A stretch of DNA of 64,000 bases from Nemertoderma westbladi. Taxonomy: Eukaryota; Animalia; Xenacoelomorpha. The notes below the pieces were generated by a model. It saw only the letters and a list, made by a program, of their open reading frames with translations, made no database searches and was not told the origin of the DNA. Made by a program: the position numbers and the translations under genes. The DNA lies in assembly GCA_032718475.1 (NCBI GenBank), contig JAUCBJ010006956.1:62001-126000 (forward strand). The letters are read 5' to 3'. Shown one piece after another: positions 12,501 to 27,500 of the stretch (positions are counted from its first letter, which is position 1; every line of letters starts with the position of its first letter).

Positions 12501-15500
12501 CTACAAAGTACAATAACTCCTCCAAGCTATACTTTACTGTAACTCTACCTTGCTACAAAGTACAATAACTCCTCCAAGCTATACTCTACAGTAACTCTAC
12601 CTTGCTACAAAGTACAATAACTCCTCCAAGCTATACTCTACAACAACTCTACCTTGCTACAAAGTACAATAACTCATCCAAGCTATACTTTACTGTAACT
12701 CTACCTTGCTACAAAGTACAATAACTCCTCCAAGCTATACTCTACTGTAACTCTACCTTGCTACAAAGTACAATAACTCCTCCAAGCTATATTCTACAGT
12801 TACTCTACCTTGCTACAAAGTATAATAACTCCTCCAAGCTATACTTTACTGTAACTCTACCTTGCTACAAAGTACAATAACTCCTCCAAGCTATACTCTA
12901 CAGTAACTCTACCTTGCTACAAAGTACAATAACTCCTCCAAGCTATACTCTACTGTAACTCTACCTTGCTACAAAGTACAATAACTCCTCCAAGCTATAC
13001 TCTACAATAACTCTACCTTGCTACAAAGTACAATAACTCATCCAAGCTATACTTTACTGTAACTCTACCTTGCTACAAAGTACAATAACTCCTCCAAGCT
13101 ATACTCTACAATAACTCTACCTTGCTACACAGTCCAATAACTCCTCCAAGTTATACTCTAAGGTAACTCTACCTTGCTACAAAGTACAATAACTCATCCA
13201 AGTTATACTTTACTGTAACTCTACCTTGCTACAAAGTACAATAACTCCTCCAAGCTATATTCTACAGTAACTCTACCTTGCTACAAAGTACAATAACTCC
13301 TCCAAGCTATACTCTACAGTAACTCTACCTTGCTACAAAGTACAATAACTCCTCCAAGCTATACTCTACAATAACTCTACCTTGCTACAAAGTACAATAA
13401 CTCCTCCAAGCTATACTCTACTGTAACTCTACCTTGCTACAAAGTACAATAACTCCTCCAAGCTATACTCTACAATAACTCTACCTTGCTACAAAGTACA
13501 ATAACTCCTCCAAGCTATACTCTACAATAACTCTACCTTGCTACTAAGTACAATAACTCCTCCAAGCTATACTCTACAGTGACTCTACCTTGCTACAAAG
13601 TACAATAACTCATCCAAGCTATACTTTACTGTAACTCTACCTTTGCACAAAGTACAATAACTCATCCAAGCTATGCTTTACTGTAACTCTACCTTGCTAC
13701 AAAGTACAATAACTCCTCCAAGCTATACTCTACAATAACTCTACCTTGCTACACAGTACAATAACTCCTCCAAGTTATACTCTAAGGTAACTCTACCTTG
13801 CTACAAAGTACAATAACTCATCCAAGCTATACTTTACTGTAACTCTACCTTGCTACAAAGTACAATAACTCCTCCAAGCTATACTCTACAATAACTCTAC
13901 CTTGCTACACAGTACAATAACTCCTCCAAGCTATACTCTACTGTAACTCTACCTTGCTACAAAGTACAATAACTCCTCCAAGCTATACTCTACAATAACT
14001 CTACCTTGCTACACAGTACAATAACTCCCCCAAGCTATACTCTACAATAACTCTATACCTTGCTACAAAGTACAATAACTCCCCCAAGCTATACTCTACA
14101 ATAACTCTACCTTGCTACAAAGTACAATAACTCATCCAAGCTATACTTTACTGTAACTCTACCTTGCTACAAAGTACAATAACTCCTCCAAGCTATACTC
14201 TACAATGACTCTACCTTGCTACAAAGTACAATAACTCCTCCAAGCTATACTCTACAATAACTCTACCTTGCTACAAAGTACAATAACTCCTCCAAGCTAT
14301 ACTCTACAATAACTCTACCTTGCTACACCTTGCTACAAAGTACAATAACTCCTCCAAGCTATACTCTACAATAACTCTACCTTGCTACACCTTGCTACAA
14401 AGTACAATAACTCCTCCAAGCTATACTCTACAGTGACTCTACCTTGCTACAAAGTTCAATAACTCCTCCAAGCTATACTCTACAATAACTCTACCTTGCT
14501 ACACCTTGCTACAAAGTACAATAACTCCTCCAAGCTATACTCTACAGTGACTCTACCTTGCTACAAAGTACAATAACTCCTCCAAGCTATACTCTACAAT
14601 AACTCTACCTTGCTACACCTTGCTACAAAGTACAATAACTCCTCCAAGCTATACTCTACAGTGACTCTACCTTGCTACAAAGTACAATAACTCCTCCAAG
14701 CTATACTTTACTGTAACTCTACCTTGCTACAAAGTACAATAACTCTTCCAAGCTATACTCTACAATAACTCTACCTTGCTACAAAGTACAATAACTCACC
14801 CAAGCTATACTTTACTGTAACTCTACCTTGCTACAAAGTACAATAACTCCTCCAAGCTATACTCTACAATAACTCTACCTTGCTACAAAGTACAATAACT
14901 CCTCCAAGCTATACTCTACAATAACTCTACCTTGCTACAAAGTACAATAACTCATCCAAGCTATACTTTACTGTAACTCTACCTTGCTACAAAGTACAAT
15001 AACTCCTCCAAGCTATACTCTACAATAACTCTACCTTGCTACACAGTACAATAACTCATCCAAGCTATACTTTACTGTAACTCTACCTTGCTACAAAGTA
15101 CAATAACTCCTACAAGCTATACTTTACAATAACTCTACCTTGCTACAAAGTACAATAACTCCTCCAAGCTTTACTTTACTGTAACTCTACCTTGCTACAA
15201 AGTACAATAACTCCTCCAAGCTATACTCTACAGTAACTCTACTTTGCTACAAAGTACAATAACTCCTCCAAGCTATACTCTACAGTAACTCTACCTTGCT
15301 ACAAAGTACAATAACTCATCCAAGTTATACTCTACAATAACTCTACCTTGCTACACAGTACAATAACTCCTCCAAGTTATACTCTAAGGTAACTCTACCT
15401 TGCTACAAAGTACAATAACTCATCCAAGCTATACTTTACTGTAACTCTACCTTGCTACAAAGTACAATAACTCCTCCAAGCTATACTCTACAGTAACTCT

Positions 15501-18500
15501 ACCTTGCTACAAAGTGCAATAACTCCTCCAAGCTATACTCTACAGTAACTCTACCTTGCTACAAAGTACAATAACTCCTCCAAGCTATACTTTACTGTAA
15601 CTCTACCTTGCTACAAAGTAAAATAACTCCTCCAAGCTGTACTCTACAGTAACTCTACCTTGCTACAAAGTACAATAACTCCTCCAAGCTATACTTTACT
15701 GTAACTCTACCTTGCTACAAAGTACAATAACTCCTCCAAGCTATACTCTACAGTAACTCTACCTTGCTACAAAGTACAATAACTCATCCAAGCTATACTT
15801 TACTGTAACTCTACCTTGCTACAAAGTACAATAACTCATCCAAGCTATACTTTACTGTAACTCTACCTTGCTACAAAGTACAATAACTCCTCCAAGCTAT
15901 ACTCTACAGTGACTCTACCTTGCTACAAAGTACAATAACTCCTCCAAGCTATACTCTACAGTAACTCTACCTTGCTACAAAGTACAATAACTCCTCCAAG
16001 CTATCCTCTACAGTAACTCTACCTTGCTACAAAGTACAATAACTCATCCAAGTTATACTCTACAATAACTCTACCTTGCTACACAGTACAATAACTCCTC
16101 CAAGTTATACTCTAAGGTAACTCTACCTTGCTACAAAGTACAATAACTCATCCAAGCTATACTTTACTGTAAATCTACCTTGCTACAAAGTACAATAACT
16201 CCTCCAAGCTATACTCTACAGTAACCCTACCTTGCTACAAAGTGCAATAACTCCTCCAAGCTATACTCTACAGTAACTCTACCTTGCTACAAAGTACAAA
16301 AACTCCTCCAAGCTATATTTTACTGTAACTCTACCTTGCTACAAAGTACAATAACTCCTCCAAGCTATACTCTACAGTGACTCTACCTTGCTACAAAGTA
16401 CAATAACTCTTCCAAGCTATACTTTACTGTAACTCTACCTTGCTACAAAGTACAATAACTCCTCCAAGCTATACTCTACAGTAACTCTACCTTGCTACAA
16501 AGTACAATAACTCCTCCAAGCTATACTCTACAGTAACTCTACCTTGCTACAAAGTACAATAACTCCTCCAAGCTATACTTTACTGTAACTCTACCTTGCT
16601 ACAAAGTGCAATAACTCCTCCAAGCTATACTCTACAGTAACTCTACCTTGCTACAAAGTACAATAACTCCTCCAAGCTATACTTTACTGTAACTCTACCT
16701 TGCTACTAAGTACAATAACTCCTCCAAGCTATACTCTACAGTGACTCTACCTTGCTACAAAGTACAATAACTCTTCCAAGCTATACTTTACTGTAACTCT
16801 ACCTTGCTACAAAGTACAATAACTCCTCCAAGCTATACTCTACAGTAACTCTACCTTGCTACAAAGTACAATAACTCCTCCAAGCTATACTCTACAGTAA
16901 CTCTACCTTGCTACAAAGTACAATAACTCCTCCAAGCTATACTTTACTGTAACTCTACCTTGCTACAAAGTACAATAACTCCTCCAAGCTATCTAAACTA
17001 TACCGGGTACATGCCGTATTGGTTTGATTACCAATTATGTTGACACATTTCTTAATAGATTCCGTAAAGCTATTCTATGAGCAGGCTGCCGGGAAATAAA
17101 GCCGCTTGCTAGTACAATTATTTATCTTCCCATGGGATAAAGTCTAATATACAATACATACATAAAAATAATATTCCTAAAATACACTTTAAGAATTACT
17201 AAAATAATAACAATATTAATTATAAGTGTTTGCCACCCGGAATTTCAATACTAACATTAATCAAAACAACAACAGAAAGGGAGTTTAGGTCGTATGCCTA
17301 ATACTTACCATAAAGCATAATAGCTTACATTGTAAATAACATTAACTGAGCAACATATAATATGTAAACAACTAAATCTGCGAACAATAACATTTACCGC
17401 AAAATTAATTTCGATTCTGTTGAGAAGGCAAAAGAAATGTTTAAAAAAACACCCAACCATCATAATGTAATTACTTATTATTAGATATCTACCGATACAA
17501 TTAATTTATATTTATTAAATAAACAAACGTTTACAATTTTGCCACTTACCGATATATAAAAATATTTATACTACCGTGACGTAATACACCAACATACCAG
17601 GATATTTTGGTAAGAATTACTCATCATTGCAATAAGCATGTTGAGTAATACAATGATGGAGAATATATGGTAGGAGGCGTACATAGCACCCCCGAGGATC
17701 TCGTTGAAGTAGTGAGATTTGTAGTTTAATAGCTCCGCCTCGTCTTTGACGGAGAAGAACCTTATGACGTGGATGGAAACCAGTCCGTAGAGAGTCCAGT
17801 AGAGAGACCAGATAGTGCCCGGGAGACTGGAAGACAGACGGGGTATTAGAAAGATGTTGCAATCTGAGTTCGAACTATCTATAACCACATCCACGGAAGA
17901 AGTCAGGTTGAAGGGTGTTAGTTGGTGGAGAGATGAACGGAGGGTAGAACATCGTCAAAATGTCATCGGAGTTAGTTAGTATGTTAGTTATGTATTAATG
18001 GTAAATGGCAATGATTGTTATTGCAAACGATGGGTAAAATACTACCAGGCCTATATGAATAATTATGGTAAAATTGTGACGAAATATATTATTTAGGGCA
18101 AATGACAGAAACGATAAGATGCAACACAAGCAACATATATTATCGCATCTACAAAATAAGAAAGCACTCTACCGGCTACAAAATAAGCAAGCAATCTATC
18201 GGTTACAAAATAAGCAAGCAATCTACCGGCTACAAAATAAGCAAGCAATCTACCGGCTACAAAATAAAATATTGCAGTAAAATATTGTCCGCTGGGATAA
18301 AGGGCTTCACTTTACCACACAATAATCATCACTTCCTATTGGTTAAAATGTTCAAAACTTACTAACTGATAGAGCCTGTTGAATTGTACAAAAAAGTAAA
18401 AGCTGACAAAAATCGACTTATGAACTTATGATACTTAATCTACGATAAGTGCCTCAGGGAAGCCAATTAGCACATTTTACCTAATTAAGAATTTAAGAAC

Positions 18501-21500
18501 CGTTACCTTTTACCCGAAGTTTCACCCGCTAGCTGTAATACTGATGAACTTCCTTAGGTTGATTACTTCCCAGTCAGAACTCACCCCTATGTATCTGATA
18601 CCAATATATTTGGATAATTAGATGGTAGCAACCCTTAGAACGTTTTTGTGACTAACGATTTTATTGTTTTATAAATTTGTTCGGTTTCTTTCCTTTTGGG
18701 ATGACAGGTTCAACAATTTCGGAGGATATCGGTGCTCTACACATAGCAGCCACATCTAGAAATCGGCATACATGAAGAACTAACGATCAGTAACAAGAGA
18801 GAGTTCACAGCGGATTTTGACTCCAGTCACTTGCAAAAATACAATATTAAATACAAAATTAATTATCCCTTGCCCGGCCACTAAAAACCAGAACTGGGAG
18901 AGTCAATAAAAATGTATCTCTCTGCACAGGGGGAAATCGACGCAAATAACAGCTGATTACTCTATAAAATAAAAATATAACATGTTCTAGTGACTTTAGT
19001 TTATTGTTTTGGTTAGAATAACGCGACACAGTAACCTGCTTGGTGATTTAATATTGACACGAGATATTAATTTGCCGAGATTGAATTGAATGAGCCGCCC
19101 CCCCCCCCGCCCTTGGCTAAAAAAACAAATGACTGGAACCAACTGCATCGATGATATTCACCCAGAACTAACCAAAATATTTTCGTACGACAAATTCATC
19201 ATAGCAATGAGAGTGTTGAGTAGAACGACCACTGCCACTATATGGTATATGGCGAACATTCCGCCGCCCACGTACTCCGTGAACGAGTGTTTAGTCGACG
19301 AAAACTGGGCATCGGAAGTCGCTTCATCGATATTTTTCATGCCAATGTTGTGTAAGTCGGTTAGACCCATAGTTGCCCAATACAGGGACCATATAGACTC
19401 TGGTACACTGTGTAGAGTTAATACATACAGAGGGAAACAAGTAGCGTGCGTGTTAGTTAACGGTGTAACGGCGTTGTATTGTTAATTATAATCAATTTAT
19501 GTACCAGGAATTGAATTGGGAATTATTAGTTGTTAGTGAAGGGAAAAAATTATAGATGGTTAGTTTCATAAATAAATACTTAATATAGGAGTAAATTTTT
19601 ACAAATCGATGTCCTAAAAAAACTTCTGATTTGTTTGGCTTTTGTTAATGTTTAACGAATTGCATACGCAATTACATTACAACTACTTTGCCGAACTTAT
19701 AAAGTTTCAACGGATATAATATGTTTAACATTAATAAAACTTAATGCTAATGTACCGATTCAATTTTATTAAAAGTTATAATTTACATTACAACTACTTT
19801 GCCGAACTTATAAAGTTTCAACGGATATAATATGTTTAACATTAATAAAACTTAATGCTAATGTACCGATTCAATTTTATTAAAAGTTATAATTTACATT
19901 ACAACTACTTTGCCGAACTTATAAAGTTTCAACGGATATAATATGTTTAACATTAATAAAACTTAGTGCCAATGTACCGACTCAATTTTATTAAAAGTTA
20001 TAATTTTAGGTAATTCAATTGTAACCATTTACATAAAATGAATTAATTATCTTAACGTATCGTATAAGTAACATATATACTCAGTAAGATACTCTACTCA
20101 CGTTTCAAATATTCTGTTTTGTTCAATGCACGTAACCCCGCTACAAGTGACGTCATCTCCTGGGTTTGGATCTTCCTTCTCCACATATTCGGCAAAATAA
20201 AGCTGGTTCATCCCGCACGCGAAAGATAACAGAACCAAAAGAAATATGCACATAAACTTCATAATATCCTACAATTAAAAAAGTAGAAATGCAATTATTA
20301 AACATGATATGAAGCAAAATTGTAAAACACTGACTAATTCAATCACCAATTCTCGAAATAGTAAAACAAATGTATTCAACTTACCCAAAGATGAATCAAA
20401 CACAAACAAATCTAAACAAGTTACCTCTATAGTCACCCCGAGTTACCTGTACCAAATATTCTTCATTATTCTTGTTCTGAACTTAAAATTAACATTTCTG
20501 AACCAAAAATACTCAACTTTCCACTACCAAACATACTCAACTAACTTGTGCAAACAAACTCAACTTTCCACTACCAAACAAACTCAACTTGCATGTACCA
20601 AACATACTCAAAACTCAACTTGCCTGTACCAAACATACTCAAAACACAACTTGCCTGTACCAAACATACTCAACTTGCCTGTACCAAAAATTCTCAACAT
20701 TCCACTATTACTACCAAACAAACTCAACTTGCCCCTACCAAACATACTCAACTTGCCTGTACCAAAAATTCTCAACTTTCCACTACCAAACAAACTCAAC
20801 TTGCCTGTACCAAAAATACTCAGCTTTCCACTATCAAACAAACTCAACTTGCCTCTACCAAACAAACTCAACTTGCCACTACCAAACATACTCAACTTGC
20901 CTGTAACAAACATACTAAACTTGCCTGTACCAAACAAACTCAACGTGCCTGTACCCAACATACTCAACTTGCCTGTACCAAATATACTCAACTTGCCTGT
21001 ACCCAAAATACTCAATGTGCCACTACCAAACATACTCAACTTGCCCGTACCAAACATACTAAACTTGACTGTACCAAACAAACTCAACTTGCATGTATCA
21101 AACATACTAAACTTTCCTGTACTAAACATACTCAACTTGCCTGTACTAAACATACTCAACTTGCCTGTACCAAAAATACTCAATGTGCCACTACCAAACA
21201 TACTCAACTTGCCTGTACCAAACATACTCAACTTGCCACTACCAAATATACTCAACTTGCCTGTACCAAACATACTCAACTTGCCACTACCAAACATACT
21301 CAACTTGCGACTACCAAACATACTAAACTTGACTAAACATACTCAACTTGCCACTACCAAATATATTCAACTTGCCTCTACCAAACATACTCAACTTGCC
21401 ACTACCAAACATACTCAACTTGCCTGTACTAAACATACTCAACTTGCCTGTACCAAAAATACTCAATGTGCCACTACCAAACATACTCAACTTGCCTGTA

Positions 21501-24500
21501 CCAAACATACTCAACTTGCCACTACCAAACATACTCAACTTGCCACTACCAAACATACTCAACTTGCCTGTACCAAACATGCTCAACTTGCCACTACCAA
21601 ACATACTCAACTTGCATGTACCAAACATACTCAACTTGCCACTACCAAATATACTCAACTTGCCTGTACCAAACATACTCAACTTGCCACTACCAAACAT
21701 ACTCAACTTGCGACTTCCAAACATACTCAACTTGCCTGTACCAAACATACTAAACTTGCCTGTACCAAACATACTAAACTTGCCTAAACATACTAAACTT
21801 GCCTGTACCAAACATACTCAACTTGCCACTACCAAACATACTCAACTTGCCTGTACCAAACATACTAAATTTGCCACTACCAAATATACTCAACTTGTCT
21901 GTACCAAACATACTCAATTTGCCACTACCAAACATACTCAACTTGCGACTACCAAACATACTCAACTTGCCTGTACCAAACATACTAAACTTGACTGTAC
22001 CAAACATACTAAATTTGCCTGTACCAAACATACTAAACCTGCCTGTCCAAATATATTCAACTTGCCTGTACCAAACATACTCAACTTGCCACTACCAAAC
22101 ATACTCAACTTGCCTGTACCAAACATACTCAACTTGCCACTACCAAACATACTCAACTTGCCTGTACCAAACATACTCAACTTGCCATTACCAAACATAC
22201 GCAACTTGCCACTACCAAACATACTCAACTTGCCTGTACCAAACATACTCAACTTGCCATTACCAAACATACTCAACTTGCCACTACCAAACATACTCAA
22301 CTTGCCTGTACCAAACATACTCAACTTGCCTGTACCAAACATGCTCAACTTGCCACTACCAAACATACTCAACTTGCCTGTACCAAACATACTCAACTTG
22401 CCACTACCAAACATACTCAACTTGCCTGTACTAAACATACTCAACTTGCCACTACCAAACATACTCAACTTGCCACTACCAAACATACTCAACTTGCCAC
22501 TACCAAACATACTCAACTTGCCTGTACCAAACATACTCAACTTGCCACTACCAAACATACTCAACTTGGCACTACCAAACATACTCAACTTGCCTGTACC
22601 AAACATACTAAACTTGCCTGTACCAAACATACTAAACCTACTAAACCTGCCTGTCCAAATATATACAACTTGCCTGTACCAAACATACTCAACTTGCCAC
22701 TACCAAACATACTCAACGTGCCACTACCAAACATACTTAACTTGCCACTACCAAACATACTCAACTTGCCACTACCAAACATACTGAACTTGCCACTACC
22801 AAACATACTCAACTTGCCACTACCAAACATACTCAACTTGGCACTACCAAACATACTCAACTTGCCTGTACCAAACATACTAAACTTGCCTGTACCAAAC
22901 ATACTAAACCTGCCTGTCCAAATATATACAACTTGCCTGTACCAAACATACTCAACTTGACACTACCAAACATACTCAACGTGCCACTACCAAACATACT
23001 TAACTTGCCACTACCAAACATACTAAACTTGCCACTACCAAACATACTGAACTTGCCACTACCAAACATACTCAACTTGCCACTACCAAACATACTCAAC
23101 TTGCCACTACCAAACATACTCAACTTGCCACTACCAAACATACTCAACTTGCCACTACCAAACATACTCAACTTGCCTGTACCAAACATACTCAACTTGC
23201 CACTACCAAACATACTCAACTTGGCACTACCAAACATACTCAACTTGCCACTACCAAACATACTCAACTTGCCTGTACCAAACATACTCAACTTACCACT
23301 ACCAAACATACTCAACTTGCCTGTACCAAACATACTAAACTTGCCTGTCCAAATATATTCAACTTGCCACTACCAAACATACTCAACTTGCCTGTACCAA
23401 ACAAACTCAACTTGCCTGTACCAAACAAACTCAACTTGCCTGTACCAAACATACTCAACTTGCCTGTACTAAACATACTGAACTTGCCTGTACCAAAAAT
23501 ACTCAATGTGCCACTACCAAACATACTCAACTTGCCTGTACCAAATATACTAAACTTGCCTGTACCAAATATACTAAACCTGCCTGTCCAATTATATTCA
23601 ACTTGCCTGTACCAAACATACTCAACTTGCCACTACCAAACATACTCAACTTGCCTGTACCAAACATACTCAACTTGCAACTACCAAAGATACTCAACTT
23701 GCCACTACCAAACTTACTCAACTTGCCTGTACCAAACATACTCAACTTGCCACTACCAAACATACTCAACTTGCCTGTACCAAACATACTCAACTTGCCA
23801 CTACCAAAGATACTCAACTTGCCACTACCAAACTTACTCAACTTGCCATTATCAAACATACTCAACTTGCCACTACCAAACATACTCAACTTGCCTGTAC
23901 CAAACATACTCAACTTGCCATTACCAAACATACTCAACTTGCCACTACCAAACATACTCAACTTTCCTGTACCAAACATACTCAACTTGCCACTACTAAA
24001 CATACTCAACTTGCCACTACCAAACATACTCAACTTGCCTGTACCAAACATACTAAACTTGCCTGTACCAAACATACTAAACCTGCCTGTCCAAATATAT
24101 TCAACTTACCTGTACCAAACATACTCAACTTGCCATTACCAAACATACTCAACTTGCCACTACCAAACATACTTAACTTGCCACTACCAAACATACTCAA
24201 CTTGCCACTACCAAACATACTCAACTTGCCTGTACCAAACATACTAAACTTGCCTGTCCAAATATAATCAACTTGCCTGTACCAAACATACTCAACTTTC
24301 CACTACCAAACATACTCAACTTGCCACTGCACTACCAAACATACTCAACTTACCTGTACCAAACATACTATACTTGTCTGTACCAAACATACTAAACCTG
24401 CCTGTCCAAATATATTCAACTTGCCTGCACCAAACACCCCAACTCCCTATGAACCTCACCACCGGGTATCTGCCGTCACCCCAACTTCCTATGAACCTCA

Positions 24501-27500
24501 CCACCGGGTATCTGCCGTCACCCCAACTCCATATGAACCTCACCACCGGGTATCTGCCGTCACCCCAACTCCCTATGAACCTCACCACCGGGTATCTGCC
24601 GTCACCCCAACTCCCTATGAACCTCACCACCGGGTATCTGCCGTCACCCCAACTCCCTATGAACCTCACCACCACCGGGTATCTGCCGTCACACCAACTC
24701 CCTATGAACCTCACCACCACCGGGTATCTGCCGTCATACCAACTCCCTATGAACCTCACCACCACCGGGTATCTGCCGTCACCCTAACTCCCTATGAACC
24801 TCACCACCGGGTATCTGCCGTCACCCCAACTCCATATGAACCTCACCACCGGGTATCTGCCGTCACCCCAACTCCCTATGAACCTCACCACCGGGTATCT
24901 GCCGTCACCCCAACTCCCTATGAACCTCACCACCACCGGGTATCTGCCGTCACCCCAACTCCATATGAACCTCACCACCGGGTATCTGCCGTCACCCCAA
25001 CTCCCTATGAACCTCACCACCACCGGGTATCTGCCGTCACACCAACTCCCTATGAACCTCACCACCACCGGGTATCTGCCGTCACCCTAACTCCCTATGA
25101 ACCTCACCACCGGGTATCTGCCGTCACCCCAACTCCATATGAACCTCACCACCGGGTATCTGCCGTCACCCCAACTCCCTATGAACCTCACCACCACCGG
25201 GTATCTGCCGTCACCCCAACTCCATATGAACCTCACCACCGGGTATCTGCCGTCACCCCAACTCCCTATGAACCTCACCACCACCGGGTATCTGCCGTCA
25301 CCCCAACTCCCTATGAACCTCACCACCACCGGGTATCTGCCGTCACCCCAACTCCATATGAACCTCACCACCACCGGGTATCTGCCGTCACCCCAACTCC
25401 CTATGAACCTCACCACCACCGGGTATCTGCCGTCACCCCAACTCCCTATGAACCTCACCACCGGGTATCTGCCGTCACCCCAACTCCCTATGAACCTCAC
25501 CACCACTGGGTATCTGCCGTCACCCCAACTCCCTATGAACCTCACCACCACCGGGTATCTACCGTCACCCCAACTCCCTATGAACCTCACCACCACCGGG
25601 TATCTGCCGTCACACCAACTCCATATGAACCTCACCACCACCGGGTATCTGCCGTCACCCCAACTCCCTATGAACCTCACCACCACCGGGTATCTGTCGT
25701 CACCCCAACTCCATATGAACCTCACCACCGGGTATCTGCCGTCACCCCAACTCCCTATGAACCTCACCACCACCGGGTATCTGCCGTCACCCCAACTCCC
25801 TATGAACCTCACCACCACCGGGTATCTACCGTCACCCCAACTCCCTATGAACCTCACCACCACCGGGTATCTGCCGTCACACCAACTCCATATGAACCTC
25901 ACCACCACCGGGTATCTGCCGTCACCCCAACTCCCTATGAACCTCACCACCACCGGGTATCTGCCGTCACCCCAACTCCCTATGAACCTCACCACCGGGT
26001 ATCTGCCGTCACACCAACTCCCTATGAACCTCACCACCACCGGGTATCTGCCGTCACACCAACTCCCTATGAACCTCACCACCACCGGGTATCTGTCGTC
26101 ACCCCAACTCCATATGAACCTCACCACCGGGTATCTGCCGTCACCCCAACTCCCTATGAACCTCACCACCACCGGGTATCTGCCGTCACACCAACTCCCT
26201 ATGAACCTCACCACCACCGGGTATCTGTCGTCACCCCAACTCCATATGAACCTCACCACCGGGTATCTGCCGTCACACCAACTCCCTATGAACCTCACCA
26301 CCACCGGGTATCTGCCGTCACCCCAACTCCCTATGAACCTCACCACCACCGGGTATCTGCCGTCACCCCAACTCCCTATGAACCTCACCACCGGGTATCT
26401 GCCGTCACCCCAACTCCCTATGAACCTCACCACCACCGGGTATCTGCCGTCACCCCAACTCCCTATGAACCTCACCACCGGGTATCTGCCGTCACCCCAA
26501 CTCCCTATGAACCTCACCACCGGGTATCTGCCGTCACCCCAACTCCCTATGAACCTCACCACCACCGGGTATCTGCCGTCACACCAACTCCCTATGAACC
26601 TCACCACCGGGTATCTGCCGTCACCCCAACTCCCTATGAACCTCACCACCACCGGGTATCTGCCGTCACACCAACTCCATATGAACCTCACCACCACCGG
26701 GTATCTGCCGTCACCCCAACTCCCTATGAACCTCACCACCACCGGGTATCTGTCGTCACCCCAACTCCATATGAACCTCACCACCGGGTATCTGCCGTCA
26801 CACCAACTCCCTATGAACCTCACCACCACCGGGTATCTGCCGTCACCCCAACTCCCTATGAACCTCACCACCACCGGGTATCTGCCGTCACCCCAACTCC
26901 CTATGAACCTCACCACCGGGTATCTGCCGTCACCCCAACTCCCTATGAACCTCACCACCACCGGGTATCTGCCGTCACCCCAACTCCCTATGAACCTCAC
27001 CACCGGGTATCTGCCGTCACCCCAACTCCCTATGAACCTCACCACCGGGTATCTGCCGTCACCCCAACTCCCTATGAACCTCACCACCACCGGGTATCTG
27101 CCGTCACCCCAACTCCCTATGAACCTCACCACCACCGGGTATCTGCCGTCACCCCAACTCCCTATGAACCTCACCACCGGGTATCTGCCGTCACCCCAAC
27201 TCCCTATGAACCTCACCACCGGGTATCTGCCGTCACCCCAACTCCCTATGAACCTCACCACCGGGTATCTGCCGTCACCCCAACTCCCTATGAACCTCAC
27301 CACCGGGTATCTGCCGTCACCCCAACTCCCTATGAACCTCACCACCACCGGGTATCTGCCGTCACCCCAACTCCATATGAACCTCACCACCGGGTATCTG
27401 CCGTCACCCCAACTCCCTATGAACCTCACCACCGGGTATCTGCCGTCACCCCAACTCCCTATGAACCTCACCACCACCGGGTATCTGCCGTCACACCAAC

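Noticed and set aside
18509-18555. Possible third alternative exon between the two pore exons
   Set aside because: AG/GT-bounded, but no TRPC similarity and stops in two frames.
20309-24247. LNLPVPNI / MFGTGKLS ORFs resembling leucine-rich repeats
   Set aside because: Artefacts of the 24-bp array, broken by frameshifts.
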